From NCBI GenBank assembly GCA_963705985.1, contig CAVPLK010000003.1, positions 1,624-65,623 of the forward strand: a stretch of 64,000 nucleotides of DNA, written 5' to 3'. Origin of the DNA: an uncultured Gemmatimonadales bacterium. Lineage in GTDB: Bacteria > Gemmatimonadota > Gemmatimonadetes > Gemmatimonadales > GWC2-71-9. The notes below the pieces were generated by a model, which did no database searches, was not told where the DNA came from, and worked only from the letters and a program-made list of their open reading frames with translations. The first letter of the stretch is position 1. Each line of letters opens with the position of its first letter. Of this stretch, positions 1 through 9,090 are shown piece by piece. Both the position numbers and the translations under genes were made by a program.

Positions 1-836
1 CGGGCGACGAGTTGCTGCGGCACGACGTGCGGGTCCGGGTGGCGACGCTGCCGGCGGGCGAGGATCCCGACACCCTGGTCCAGAAGGGCGGGGCGCCGGC
101 GCTGCAGGCGGTACTGGACGACGCGGTGGATGTGCTCGAACGAAAGATCCAGATCCTCGAGCGGAAGGGATGGTTCGAGGGGGTCGAGCATCGGCGCGAG
201 GCGCTCGATCGGCTGCTGCCGACGATTCGCGCCGCAAGTAACGCGATCACCCGGGAGCTCTACCTCGGCCGGGTGGCCGAGCGCTCCGGCGTGAGCAAGG
301 AGGTGCTTCTCGGCGAGGTCGAGGCGATGCGAGTGTCCCGACCGGCCCCCGCGCCGCCACCGGACCGCCGCGCCGCGCCGTCGGCGCGGCCAGCCGCGCG
401 ACGGAGCCGGATGGGCGGCGTCGCCGAACTCGAGTTGCTGCGGGTGCTGGTGGCCAGCGACGACTATCGGGTCCGGGCCGCCGGCGAAGTGCGGCCCGAG
501 TGGTTCGAGGCGCCGCCGCACCGCGAACTGTTCGAGGCGCTGATCCGGGAGTCGGGCGGATCGGCAGCCGACCTCGAGGCGGGGCTCTCGCCCGAGGCGC
601 TCGCACTGTGGGGCGAATTGCGGGAAGCCGGCGTCACGTTGACGGACGCCGTGCTGGACGATCACTACGCCAGCGCCTCGGAGGCGCTCGAGTTTCGGCC
701 GCTCTGGCGTGCGTACAAGTTGTTGACGGATGACTCCGAGAAGTTGGCGCGCAAGAAGGAGCTGAACGCGAAATACCCGCGCGCACTCCGGAAGGCGATG
801 CACTGGCAGAACCCACGGCCGCGGTCGCCGCAGTAG
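1..836 (+). CDS. dnaG: DNA primase, C-terminal part (5' truncated by window edge)
   Basis: TOPRIM end motif LPAGEDPDTLV followed by a helical DnaB-binding-type C-terminus; reading frame open from the window start. Confidence 0.85.
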   Translation, partial: GDELLRHDVRVRVATLPAGEDPDTLVQKGGAPALQAVLDDAVDVLERKIQILERKGWFEGVEHRREALDRLLPTIRAASNAITRELYLGRVAERSGVSKEVLLGEVEAMRVSRPAPAPPPDRRAAPSARPAARRSRMGGVAELELLRVLVASDDYRVRAAGEVRPEWFEAPPHRELFEALIRESGGSAADLEAGLSPEALALWGELREAGVTLTDAVLDDHYASASEALEFRPLWRAYKLLTDDSEKLARKKELNAKYPRALRKAMHWQNPRPRSPQ

Positions 837-870
837 CGGCGCCAGGCCCCGACCCAGCGAGGAAGACCGG

Positions 871-1581
871 ATGAACGCGGATCTTGAAAAGCTGCTCGAC
901 CTGCAGGACAAAGACCTGACACTGCTCGAAGTGGACCACCGGCTCGACGAGGTGTTGCAGGAGGAACAGGCCCTCGACGAAGCGGTGCGAAGCGCCGAAA
1001 CGAGCGTGGGCGTGGCGCAGCGCAGCGTGGCGGAGTCCATCCGTCGCCGGATCGAGGTGGAAGGCCGGGTGGAGACCTACCGGAAGCTGCAGGAAGGTCG
1101 CCGCAAGCGGATCGAGGTCTCCCGACCCGGCAAGGACACCGCCGCGCTGATGGCGGAACTGGACCTGTCCCGCCAGGTACTGGCGCGGGAAGAATCCGAC
1201 TGGTTCCGCGCCCAGGAAGCGGTGCAGGCCCAGGAAGCCCGCGTCGCCGAGGCCGAGGCGCAGGTCGAGGCCCTCAGGGCGGAGCAGGTGGAGCCGCGCA
1301 CGGCGCTGACCGCGCGCCGCGCCGAGCTGGAGGCGGAACGCGCCGTGGCGCTGGCGGCCCGAGACAGCAGCGCGGCGGCGGTGGCCAAGCCGCTCCGGTC
1401 GCGGTATGAGCGGCTGCGCGGCTCGCGGGCGCCGGTGGCCGTGGTGGCGCTGGCAGGCGACGCGTGCGGCGCCTGCTTCACCGCCGTGCCGATGAACCGG
1501 CGCGCGCAGATGCGGATGACCGGGGTGGTCGACGGCTGCGAAGGCTGCGGCGTCATGCTCTACTACCTCGACGTCTCCTGA
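871..1581 (+). CDS. Coiled-coil protein with C4 zinc ribbon (DUF164/CT398-like)
   Basis: Begins L..LQ..D, long coiled coil, then CGAC...CEGC zinc ribbon. Confidence 0.85.
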   Translation: MNADLEKLLDLQDKDLTLLEVDHRLDEVLQEEQALDEAVRSAETSVGVAQRSVAESIRRRIEVEGRVETYRKLQEGRRKRIEVSRPGKDTAALMAELDLSRQVLAREESDWFRAQEAVQAQEARVAEAEAQVEALRAEQVEPRTALTARRAELEAERAVALAARDSSAAAVAKPLRSRYERLRGSRAPVAVVALAGDACGACFTAVPMNRRAQMRMTGVVDGCEGCGVMLYYLDVS

Positions 1582-1594
1582 GCGCGAGGGGCTG

Positions 1595-3328
1595 ATGGTG
1601 TCGGCCGCCTCGCCCCGACCGGTCCGGCTCATCTTCACGCCGGCACCGGATGACGCCCGGCTCTCGGACCTGGCCGCGGCGCTCTCGGTGCCCCGCGCCC
1701 TCGCCGCGCTGCTGCTGCAGCGCGGATTCGACGACGTCGAGTCGGCGCGCCGTTTTCTCCGGCCCGCCCTCGATCAGTTGGGCGACCCCCTCGCCCTCCG
1801 CGGCATGGCGGCGGCTGTCGACGCCGTCGCGTCCGCCGTCCGGGCCGGGCAGACCATCCTGGTGCACGGCGACTACGACGTGGACGGCCAGTGTGCCACG
1901 GCCCTCCTGACCCGGGCACTGCGGCAGGCGGGCGCGACCGTCGAGCCCTTCGTGCCCCACCGGATGCAGGACGGGTACGACTTCCGTGACGCGGGCCTGG
2001 CGCGCGCCCGCGAGGTCCGCGCCGGCCTGATTCTCACCTGCGACTGCGGCATCACCGCCGTCGAGACGGTGCGCGCCGCGCGCGCGGAGGGATTCGAGGT
2101 CGTCGTCACCGACCACCACCTGCCCGGGGACGAACTGCCACCGGCCACGGCCATCGTCGACCCGCAACTCGAAGGCGAGGATTCGCCCCACGCCATGCTG
2201 TGCGGCACCGGGGTCGCCTTCAAGCTGGTGCAGGCGCTGGTGCCTGTCCTCGCTCTTCCGCCCAACCTGCCACTGCACCTGCTCGACTATGTCGCCCTGG
2301 CCACCGTGGCCGATGTGGTGCCGCTGAAGGGCGAGAACCGCATCCTGGTGCAGCAGGGTCTCAAGGTCCTGACGCACAGCCGCTGGGCCGGCCTGCGCGC
2401 GTTGATCCGCTCGGCGGATCTCGAGGGGCGGACGCTTCGGGCAGGGCAGCTCGGTTTCGTCCTCGGCCCCCGCCTCAACGCGGTCGGCCGGATCGGCGAC
2501 GCCAAGGACGGGCTCCGCCTGCTGCTGACCGATGACGAGGCCGAGGCGAAACAGCTCGCCGACCAGCTGGAGACGCAAAACGCCAAGCGGCAGACCCTCG
2601 ACCAGGACATCCTGGAAGAGGCCATCACCCAGGTGGAGACGACCGTTCGGCTGGATGCGGACTGCGCCATCGTCCTTTCCGCGGAGGGGTGGCATCCCGG
2701 TGTGATCGGCATTGTCGCCTCGCGCCTGGTGGAGCGGTTCGGCCGGCCGGCGTTCCTGGTCGCGTTCGACCCGGCACAGCCGATGGTCGGGAAGGGAAGC
2801 GGCCGGAGCATCTCCCGGTTTCACTTGCGGGAGGCCCTGGCCGCCTGCGGCGACCTGCTGGAGCGGTTCGGTGGGCATCGCATGGCAGCGGGGTTGACCC
2901 TGCACCGGGATCGCTTCACGGCGTTCCGTGCGCGGTTCATCGCCGAAGCCAATCGCCTCCTCGAGCCGGCTGACCTGGTCCCGGAACAGCGCGTGGACGT
3001 GGTACTCGGCCTCGACGAGGCCACGACGGAACTCGAATCGCTCTGCCAATACCTGGAGCCGTGCGGGATGGGCAACCCGGGGCCGGTCTTCGCGGTGCGT
3101 GGAGTGCGGCTCGACGGCGCGCGCGAGGTCGGCAAGGGGCACCTGAAGACGACAATCCGCGCCGGTGGGGCGGCGCTCGACGCCATCGGGTTCGGCATGC
3201 TGGAGCGCGCCCCCTCCGGTCCGGAAGCGGTGGATGTGGCGTTCAAGCTCGAAACCAACAGTTATCGGGGCCGCGAGTCGCTGCAGGCGCGGATGCTCGC
3301 CATCGTCGCCGCGCCGGACCCGGCGTAG
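1595..3328 (+). CDS. recJ: Single-stranded-DNA-specific exonuclease RecJ
   Basis: GDYDVDG, TDHH, ATVADVVPL, PRLNAVGR, GSGRS and FGGH motifs. Confidence 0.96.
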   Translation: MVSAASPRPVRLIFTPAPDDARLSDLAAALSVPRALAALLLQRGFDDVESARRFLRPALDQLGDPLALRGMAAAVDAVASAVRAGQTILVHGDYDVDGQCATALLTRALRQAGATVEPFVPHRMQDGYDFRDAGLARAREVRAGLILTCDCGITAVETVRAARAEGFEVVVTDHHLPGDELPPATAIVDPQLEGEDSPHAMLCGTGVAFKLVQALVPVLALPPNLPLHLLDYVALATVADVVPLKGENRILVQQGLKVLTHSRWAGLRALIRSADLEGRTLRAGQLGFVLGPRLNAVGRIGDAKDGLRLLLTDDEAEAKQLADQLETQNAKRQTLDQDILEEAITQVETTVRLDADCAIVLSAEGWHPGVIGIVASRLVERFGRPAFLVAFDPAQPMVGKGSGRSISRFHLREALAACGDLLERFGGHRMAAGLTLHRDRFTAFRARFIAEANRLLEPADLVPEQRVDVVLGLDEATTELESLCQYLEPCGMGNPGPVFAVRGVRLDGAREVGKGHLKTTIRAGGAALDAIGFGMLERAPSGPEAVDVAFKLETNSYRGRESLQARMLAIVAAPDPA

Positions 3329-3843
3329 TGCGGATCGTGGCCGGCGAGTTCGGCGGCCGTCGGCTGGTGATGCCGAAGGATGCCCGGGTGCGGCCCACCG
3401 CGGACCGGGTGCGCGAGGCGTGGATGAGCATCCTCGGCGCGTCGCTGCCGGGGGCCCGGGTGCTGGATCTCTTTGCGGGGAGCGGCGCGCTCGGCCTCGA
3501 GGCACTGTCCCGCGGGGCGATCAGCGCAGAATTTGTGGAGATCGGCTCGGCGTCCCTGAAGGCCCTGGCCTCCAACATCGAGGCGCTGGGCGTCGACGCG
3601 CGGTGCCGGGTGCACAAGGGGGACGCCCTGCGGTTTGCCGGGGCGCTCTCGCCAAACGCCTACGACCTGGCCTTGGCCGACCCCCCATACGACCACGACG
3701 CGGCCGTCCAACTGGTTGGACTCTTCCGCCAGACGCCGTTTGCCCGCATTCTATGTGTGGAACACCGCGCCACCCTGGCGCTGCCCGGCGACGACTCGCG
3801 CCGCTACGGCGATACCGCCCTCACCTTCTGCCACGCCCCATGA
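3328..3843 (+). CDS. rsmD: 16S rRNA m2G966 methyltransferase RsmD
   Basis: GTG start overlapping recJ stop; RIVAG, RPTADRVRE, LDLFAGSGALGLEALSRGA, DPPY. Confidence 0.93.
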   Translation: MRIVAGEFGGRRLVMPKDARVRPTADRVREAWMSILGASLPGARVLDLFAGSGALGLEALSRGAISAEFVEIGSASLKALASNIEALGVDARCRVHKGDALRFAGALSPNAYDLALADPPYDHDAAVQLVGLFRQTPFARILCVEHRATLALPGDDSRRYGDTALTFCHAP

Positions 3844-4322
3844 CACGCATCGCGATCTACCCCGGTTCGTTCGATCCGCCGACCCGCGGCCATGAGGATC
3901 TGATCCGCCGGAGCCTGTTGCTGTCGGACCGGCTGATCGTGGCGGTGGCGGTCAACGTGGCCAAGCAGCCGCTGTTCACCGTCGAGGAGCGGATCACGAT
4001 GCTCCGGGCCGCCGTCGGCGAGGATCCACGGATCGAGTTCGTGGCCTTCGAGGGACTGCTCGCCGACTTCGCCCGCCGGGTGGGGGCGTCGGTGGTGGTG
4101 CGCGGGCTCCGCGCCGTCAGCGACTTCGAATACGAATTCCAGATGGCGCTGATGAACCGGCAACTGCACCCGGCGCTCGAGACGGTGTTCCTGGTCCCGG
4201 CGCTGGACCTGACCTACCTCAGTTCGAGCCTGGTGCGCGAGGTGGCACGGTTCGGCGGCGATGTGGCCGCACTCGTGCACCCGGCTGTGGCGGAGGCGCT
4301 TCGGGCGCGGTTCGCGAAGTGA
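3840..4322 (+). CDS. coaD: Pantetheine-phosphate adenylyltransferase
   Basis: IYPGSFDP.T.GH, RGLRAVSDFEYE, LSSSLVRE; ATG overlaps rsmD stop. Confidence 0.97.
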   Translation: MTRIAIYPGSFDPPTRGHEDLIRRSLLLSDRLIVAVAVNVAKQPLFTVEERITMLRAAVGEDPRIEFVAFEGLLADFARRVGASVVVRGLRAVSDFEYEFQMALMNRQLHPALETVFLVPALDLTYLSSSLVREVARFGGDVAALVHPAVAEALRARFAK

Positions 4323-5251
4323 GCGTTCGCGCGGCTCTGCTGGAGCGGGCGCGCGCCCGGCGTGCGCGTGTCGTGCTACCGGAGGGGAATGACCCGCGGA
4401 TCCTCGCCGCCGCGGAGCGCTTGCGGCGCGAGGGGATCGCCGAGCCGATCGTCCTGGGTCCGGGGCACCGGGTGCCGATCGACGATCCGCAGGTGGGACG
4501 GATCGCGGAACTCCTCCGCGCGCGCCGTCCCGACCGGGTGCGGGACGGCATTCACGCCCTCGATCTCGCGGCCGACCCGCTCCGTTTCGGCGCCGGGCTC
4601 GTGGCGCTCGGCGAGGCCGACGCCTGCGTGGCGGGCGTGGCGCACCCCACCGCCGACGTGCTCCGCGCCGCGCTCTGGGCCATCGGCCTTGCGCCGGGCT
4701 ACCCCCTGCTCAGTTCCGCCTTCTACCTGGTCTTCCCGGATGAACGGGTCCTGACCTTCACCGATTGCGGGGTGGTCCCCGAGCCGACCGCGGAAGAACT
4801 GGCGCACATCGCGCTGGCGGCGGTCGGCGATCGCCGGCGTCTCATCGGCGACGCCCCCCGGGTGGCGTTTCTCAGCTACAGCACCCACGGCAGCGCCGCA
4901 GGGAGGTCGGTGGAGCTGGTCCGGGAGGCGGTGGCGCGCTTCCGGATCCTGGCGCCGGGCGTCCCCGCCGACGGCGACCTCCAGGCCGACGCCGCGCTGG
5001 TGCCCGAGGTGGCGGCGGGCAAGGCGCCCGGCTCCGCCGTCGGTGGGCGGGCCAACGTACTCGTCTTCCCGAACCTCGACGCGGGCAACATCGCCTACAA
5101 GCTGGTCCAGCGCCTGGCGGGCGCCACCGCCCTCGGGCCGATGCTGCAGGGGCTGGCCCGCCCGATGGCAGACCTGTCGCGCGGAGCGACGAGCGATGAT
5201 ATTGTCGAAGTGGCCGCACTGGCGGTCCTGCAATCCGATCCAGGCACTTGA
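4319..5251 (+). CDS. pta: Phosphate acetyltransferase (short class I Pta)
   Basis: LPEG.DPR, LSYST.GS, GDLQADAAL, FPNLDAGNIAYKLVQRL, DLSRG. Confidence 0.85.
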   Translation: MSVRAALLERARARRARVVLPEGNDPRILAAAERLRREGIAEPIVLGPGHRVPIDDPQVGRIAELLRARRPDRVRDGIHALDLAADPLRFGAGLVALGEADACVAGVAHPTADVLRAALWAIGLAPGYPLLSSAFYLVFPDERVLTFTDCGVVPEPTAEELAHIALAAVGDRRRLIGDAPRVAFLSYSTHGSAAGRSVELVREAVARFRILAPGVPADGDLQADAALVPEVAAGKAPGSAVGGRANVLVFPNLDAGNIAYKLVQRLAGATALGPMLQGLARPMADLSRGATSDDIVEVAALAVLQSDPGT

Positions 5252-5266
5252 GGGAGGTATTCGTTC

Positions 5267-5602
5267 ATGGCGTTCACCACGTCCAAGCATCCGACCGGGG
5301 TCCTGATCGTCGAAGTCGAGGGCCAGCTCATCGTGGGCAACCGGCAGGAGCTGAAGGCCACCATCCAGCAGGCGCTCGACAACGGCGAGCGGAAGCTGCT
5401 GGTGGATTTCGCCAAGACGGGCTACATCGACTCCTCGGGACTCGGCGCGCTGGTCTCCATTTCGAAAAAGGTGCGGGAGCAGGGCGGGGAGCTGCGCCTC
5501 AGCGGGTTGAACGAGGACCTCCGCTCCCTCTTTGAGCTGACGAAGCTCGACACCCTCTTCGCGATCGCCGACGACTCGGCGCAGGCCCTCGCCGGGTTCT
5601 GA
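5267..5602 (+). CDS. STAS-domain anti-sigma factor antagonist (RsbV/SpoIIAA-like)
   Basis: YIDSSGLGALV phosphoserine motif; GGAGG Shine-Dalgarno upstream. Confidence 0.93.
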   Translation: MAFTTSKHPTGVLIVEVEGQLIVGNRQELKATIQQALDNGERKLLVDFAKTGYIDSSGLGALVSISKKVREQGGELRLSGLNEDLRSLFELTKLDTLFAIADDSAQALAGF

Positions 5603-5608
5603 ACGCCC

Positions 5609-6073
5609 GTGACCGCGCCGCTCCGCCTCTGCGTCCGTCGCGCCGACCGGCCCCTCCCCACCGGAATCGCCGTGGAAATCGCCCTGCGCATCCCCAGCGA
5701 CGTCGGCCTCATCGAAGAGGTGGTGGAACTGGTGGCGCGGCATTGCTTTGCCGGGTGGGACGCGCCGCGACGGGTGCGCTTCCGGTTTCGCGTGGCACTC
5801 TCCGAAGCACTGGCCAACGCGATGGTCTACGGCAATGGCCAGGAAGAGGCGCTCTGCGTCGAGGTCCGGGCCGAATGCCTTCCGGACGCCCTCCACATCC
5901 ACGTCACCGACGAGGGGCCTGGATTCGACCCCGCCTCCGTCCGTGATCCCGTGATGCCCGACGACCTCGAACTGCCGTGCGGCCGCGGGCTCTTCCTGAT
6001 TCGCAATCTGATGGACGACGTGCAATTCACTCCCCCGGGGAATTCGATCTGCATGACCCTGCGCCGCGCGTAG
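5609..6073 (+). CDS. Anti-sigma factor Ser/Thr kinase (RsbW-like, HATPase_c_2)
   Basis: EALANAMVYGN, DEGPGFD, GRGLFLIRNLMD. Confidence 0.9.
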   Translation: MTAPLRLCVRRADRPLPTGIAVEIALRIPSDVGLIEEVVELVARHCFAGWDAPRRVRFRFRVALSEALANAMVYGNGQEEALCVEVRAECLPDALHIHVTDEGPGFDPASVRDPVMPDDLELPCGRGLFLIRNLMDDVQFTPPGNSICMTLRRA

Positions 6074-7635
6074 AGCGGGTCGGTCCCGTCCTTGAGGCGC
6101 TCGCCGGCCTCGTCGGCGGGCGGCTCCGCGCCTGGCGATTCGACGGGCGCCGCGTTCGTGCGGTCGGCGGGGACGATCCCGGCTGGTCTCCGGTGGTGCC
6201 CCGGGAGCCCGGGGTGGTGCCCACGCCGACCGGCACGGCATGGTTCGATGCCGTGCCGGGCATCGAAGGGCTCTGGTTTACCCTCGAGGACCTCCCCGAA
6301 TCCGACGCGAAGGCCGCCGCCGACCGACTCCGGCCGGTGTTGGGGGCGATGTTCCACACCGAGCGGCGCGCCATCGAGATGGGTGCCGAGCTGGCCAACC
6401 GCTACGAAGAAATCGACCTCCTCTACAGCATCAGTGAAATCCTCGGGCAGACCATCCACCTCGAGGAAGCCGCCCGCACCATCCTCCGCGAGGTCAGCTC
6501 CGTCGTCGCGGCCCGCCGGTCGTCCATCATGGTCTACGACGAAACCCTCGGGCGCCTCCGGGTCGTGGCCACGCGGGGGTTTCCCGCGCCGGCGGAAGCG
6601 AGTGTGCCACCGGACGACGCCGAGTCGGTCGCGGCCCGCGCCTTCCGCGAACGGCGGCTCATCGAGAACCCGCCGGGCGCCGATGGGATCGGCGGGCCGC
6701 GCGGATATCGGGGTGGTGCGTACCTGTCCGTCCCGATCATCTACGCCGCGCCCGGCGGCGCCTCCCGGTGCGTCGGCGTCATCAACCTCACCGACCGGCT
6801 GGGTGCCGACGCCTTCGAGCCGGGGCATCGCAAGCTGGTCACCGCGGTGGCCAACCAGGTCGGCGCGGCAGTCGAGAACGCCCGCCTCGTGGTGCGCGAT
6901 CTCCAGCAGCAGCGCCTGCGGCGGGAACTCGAGCTGGCCCACGACCTCCAGCTGAAGCTGATGCCCTCGCCCTCGGAACTGGCCGGCGACGCCGACGTGG
7001 CGGCGCGGTGCGTGCCGGCGGAATCCGTCGGCGGCGATTTCTACACCTTCAATCGCTTCGGACGGGGGCGCGTCGGCGTGATGCTGGGCGACGTCTCCTC
7101 GCACGGATTCGGCGCGGCGCTCGTCATGGCGATGGTCATCGCGGCCGCCGGTATTCACGCCGGCGGGTCCGCCACGCCGGATGAAACGCTCGAACGACTC
7201 CTGGACAGCATCGAAGCAGACCTGGCGAGCACCGAGATGTACCTGACGGTGTTCTACGGGGTCCTCGATCCGCGCGCCGCGCAGCTTTCCTACGCCAGCG
7301 CGGGCCATCCCCACGCCTGGCGCATTCCCGCGGTCGGTGCGCCGGTGCGGCTCGAGGCGACGGCCCCGCCGCTCGGGCTCTCCGCGCGGGGCAATATCGA
7401 GCTGCGTCAGGTCCCCTGGGCCATGCAGACCGACCTGCTCTGCCTCTGCACCGACGGGCTCCTCGACGCGCGCGATCCGGAAGGGGAGACGTTCGGAGAA
7501 GCCCGACTCCTCGACGGAGTGGCATCGCGCCGGCACCTGCGGCCGGAAGCGATCGTCTCCGCGCTGATCGCCGAGGTCCGCGCCTTCGCCCCGCACCCTG
7601 CGGACGACCTGACTCTCCTCGTCCTGCGGATCTGA
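6049..7635 (+). CDS. GAF domain + SpoIIE/PP2C phosphatase (RsbU-like); start uncertain
   Basis: GAF region then VGGDFY, GDVSSHG, SAGHP, TDGL, DDLT. No in-frame ATG/GTG at the rsbW junction; CTG at 6049 is the tentative start. Confidence 0.85.
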   Translation: MHDPAPRVERVGPVLEALAGLVGGRLRAWRFDGRRVRAVGGDDPGWSPVVPREPGVVPTPTGTAWFDAVPGIEGLWFTLEDLPESDAKAAADRLRPVLGAMFHTERRAIEMGAELANRYEEIDLLYSISEILGQTIHLEEAARTILREVSSVVAARRSSIMVYDETLGRLRVVATRGFPAPAEASVPPDDAESVAARAFRERRLIENPPGADGIGGPRGYRGGAYLSVPIIYAAPGGASRCVGVINLTDRLGADAFEPGHRKLVTAVANQVGAAVENARLVVRDLQQQRLRRELELAHDLQLKLMPSPSELAGDADVAARCVPAESVGGDFYTFNRFGRGRVGVMLGDVSSHGFGAALVMAMVIAAAGIHAGGSATPDETLERLLDSIEADLASTEMYLTVFYGVLDPRAAQLSYASAGHPHAWRIPAVGAPVRLEATAPPLGLSARGNIELRQVPWAMQTDLLCLCTDGLLDARDPEGETFGEARLLDGVASRRHLRPEAIVSALIAEVRAFAPHPADDLTLLVLRI

Positions 7636-7638
7636 GCG

Positions 7639-8436
7639 GTGTCGAGACCCAAGCGCCGGCTGGGCCAGCATTTCCTCCATGATCCCCGCATCCTCAACCG
7701 ACTCGCCGAGGCGGTGGGCGCCACCGCCGGAGACACCGTCCTCGAGATCGGTCCGGGGCCGGGAGGCCTCACCGAGGCGCTGATGCGGGTGGCTGGACGC
7801 GTGGTCGCGATCGAAAAGGACGCCGAGCTCATTCCCGCCCTCCGGGAGCGGGTGCCGGGTGCGGTCATCGTCGAAGGAGACGCCCTCAAGCTCGATTGGG
7901 TGGCGCTGGGCGGGGGACCGGGGGGCCTCGTCACCGGGAACATTCCCTACAACATCACCTCACCCCTGCTGGACAAGGCGCTGACACCACCACGTCCCCG
8001 TCGCATCGTCTTCCTGGTGCAGAAGGAGGTGGCGCGTCGCGTGGGGGCCGCGCCCGGGACGAAGGACTACGGTGCGCTCACCGTCGGGATCCAGGCGGTG
8101 GCGAAGCCGGAGGTGTTGTTCACGGTGCCGGCAGGCGCGTTCCACCCAGTGCCGAAGGTGGACAGCGCCGCGCTCCGGCTCGAGCCGCTCCGGACCCCGC
8201 TGGTCGATGACGACCAGGTGCGGAGCTTTCGGGTGGCGGTCGTGGGGCTCTTCGGGTTCCGACGAAAGCAGCTGGTGCGCGCGGTGCGGGAGCTGACGGG
8301 GTGGGACGCCACGGCGGCCACCGGGGCGGTGCTGGGGGCGGGGCTGGAACCGACGGTCCGTCCGGAGGTGCTCTCACCGGAGGAGTTCCTCCGGCTGCAC
8401 GCGGGACTCGTTGACGGGGGCTGGCGACCTGAGTAG
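7639..8436 (+). CDS. rsmA: 16S rRNA m6,2A dimethyltransferase KsgA/RsmA
   Basis: KRRLGQHFL, EIGPGPG, NIPYNIT, PKVDSA. Confidence 0.96.
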   Translation: MSRPKRRLGQHFLHDPRILNRLAEAVGATAGDTVLEIGPGPGGLTEALMRVAGRVVAIEKDAELIPALRERVPGAVIVEGDALKLDWVALGGGPGGLVTGNIPYNITSPLLDKALTPPRPRRIVFLVQKEVARRVGAAPGTKDYGALTVGIQAVAKPEVLFTVPAGAFHPVPKVDSAALRLEPLRTPLVDDDQVRSFRVAVVGLFGFRRKQLVRAVRELTGWDATAATGAVLGAGLEPTVRPEVLSPEEFLRLHAGLVDGGWRPE

Positions 8437-8439
8437 CTT
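8411..8439 (+). promoter_or_regulatory. Sigma70-type promoter of rex
   Basis: TTGACG (8411-8416), 17 bp spacer, TAGCTT (8434-8439). Confidence 0.7.
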
Positions 8440-8456
8440 TGTGAAACATTTCACAA
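8439..8456. promoter_or_regulatory. Rex operator (ROP)
   Basis: TTGTGAA-ACAT-TTCACAA, a perfect match to the Rex consensus TTGTGAA-N4-TTCACAA, 10 bp before the rex ATG. Confidence 0.9.
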
Positions 8457-8466
8457 TGCTAGGTCA

Positions 8467-9090
8467 ATGCGCAAGATCGCCGACAGCACCGTCCGACGAC
8501 TCTCCCTCTACCTCCGCTTCCTGGAAGAGTTCGAGGGAGAAGGCATCGAAACCATCAGTTCCGGGGCGCTCGCCGGGCGCGGGGGCACCACCTCCGCGCA
8601 GGTGCGGAAGGACCTGTCGTTCTTCGGGTCTTTCGGGAAGCGCGGGCTGGGCTATTCCGTTCCCGAACTGGTGCAGGCGCTCCGCCAGATCCTCGGCCTG
8701 ACCCGGCACTATCGCGTGGCGCTGATCGGGGCCGGCAAGATCGGCAGCGCGTTGGTGGAGAACCGCGGGTTCCGGCGCCGTGGTTTCGACTTCGTGGCGA
8801 TTTTCGATTCCGACCCCGCAAAGATCGGTCAGTCGCTGGGCGGCGTGCCGGTGGAGGATGTGACCGCGCTGGAGGCGAGCCTGGCCCGGAACCCCGCCGA
8901 CATCGCGGTCCTGGTCACCCCTCCCGAGGTGGCCCAGACGGTGGCCGATCGCCTGGTCCGGCTCGGCATCAAGTCCATCCTGAATTTCGCGCCGCTTCAG
9001 CTGGTGGTCCCCGCCGACGTGACCGTCAAGACCGTCAACCTCGCGCTCGAGCTCGAAGCCCTGGCCTATCACCTTGCCAATCCGAACTGA
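8467..9090 (+). CDS. rex: Redox-sensing transcriptional repressor Rex
   Basis: RRLSLYLR, QVRKDLSFFG..GKRGLGY, GAGKIG Rossmann motif, ILNFAP. Confidence 0.97.
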   Translation: MRKIADSTVRRLSLYLRFLEEFEGEGIETISSGALAGRGGTTSAQVRKDLSFFGSFGKRGLGYSVPELVQALRQILGLTRHYRVALIGAGKIGSALVENRGFRRRGFDFVAIFDSDPAKIGQSLGGVPVEDVTALEASLARNPADIAVLVTPPEVAQTVADRLVRLGIKSILNFAPLQLVVPADVTVKTVNLALELEALAYHLANPN

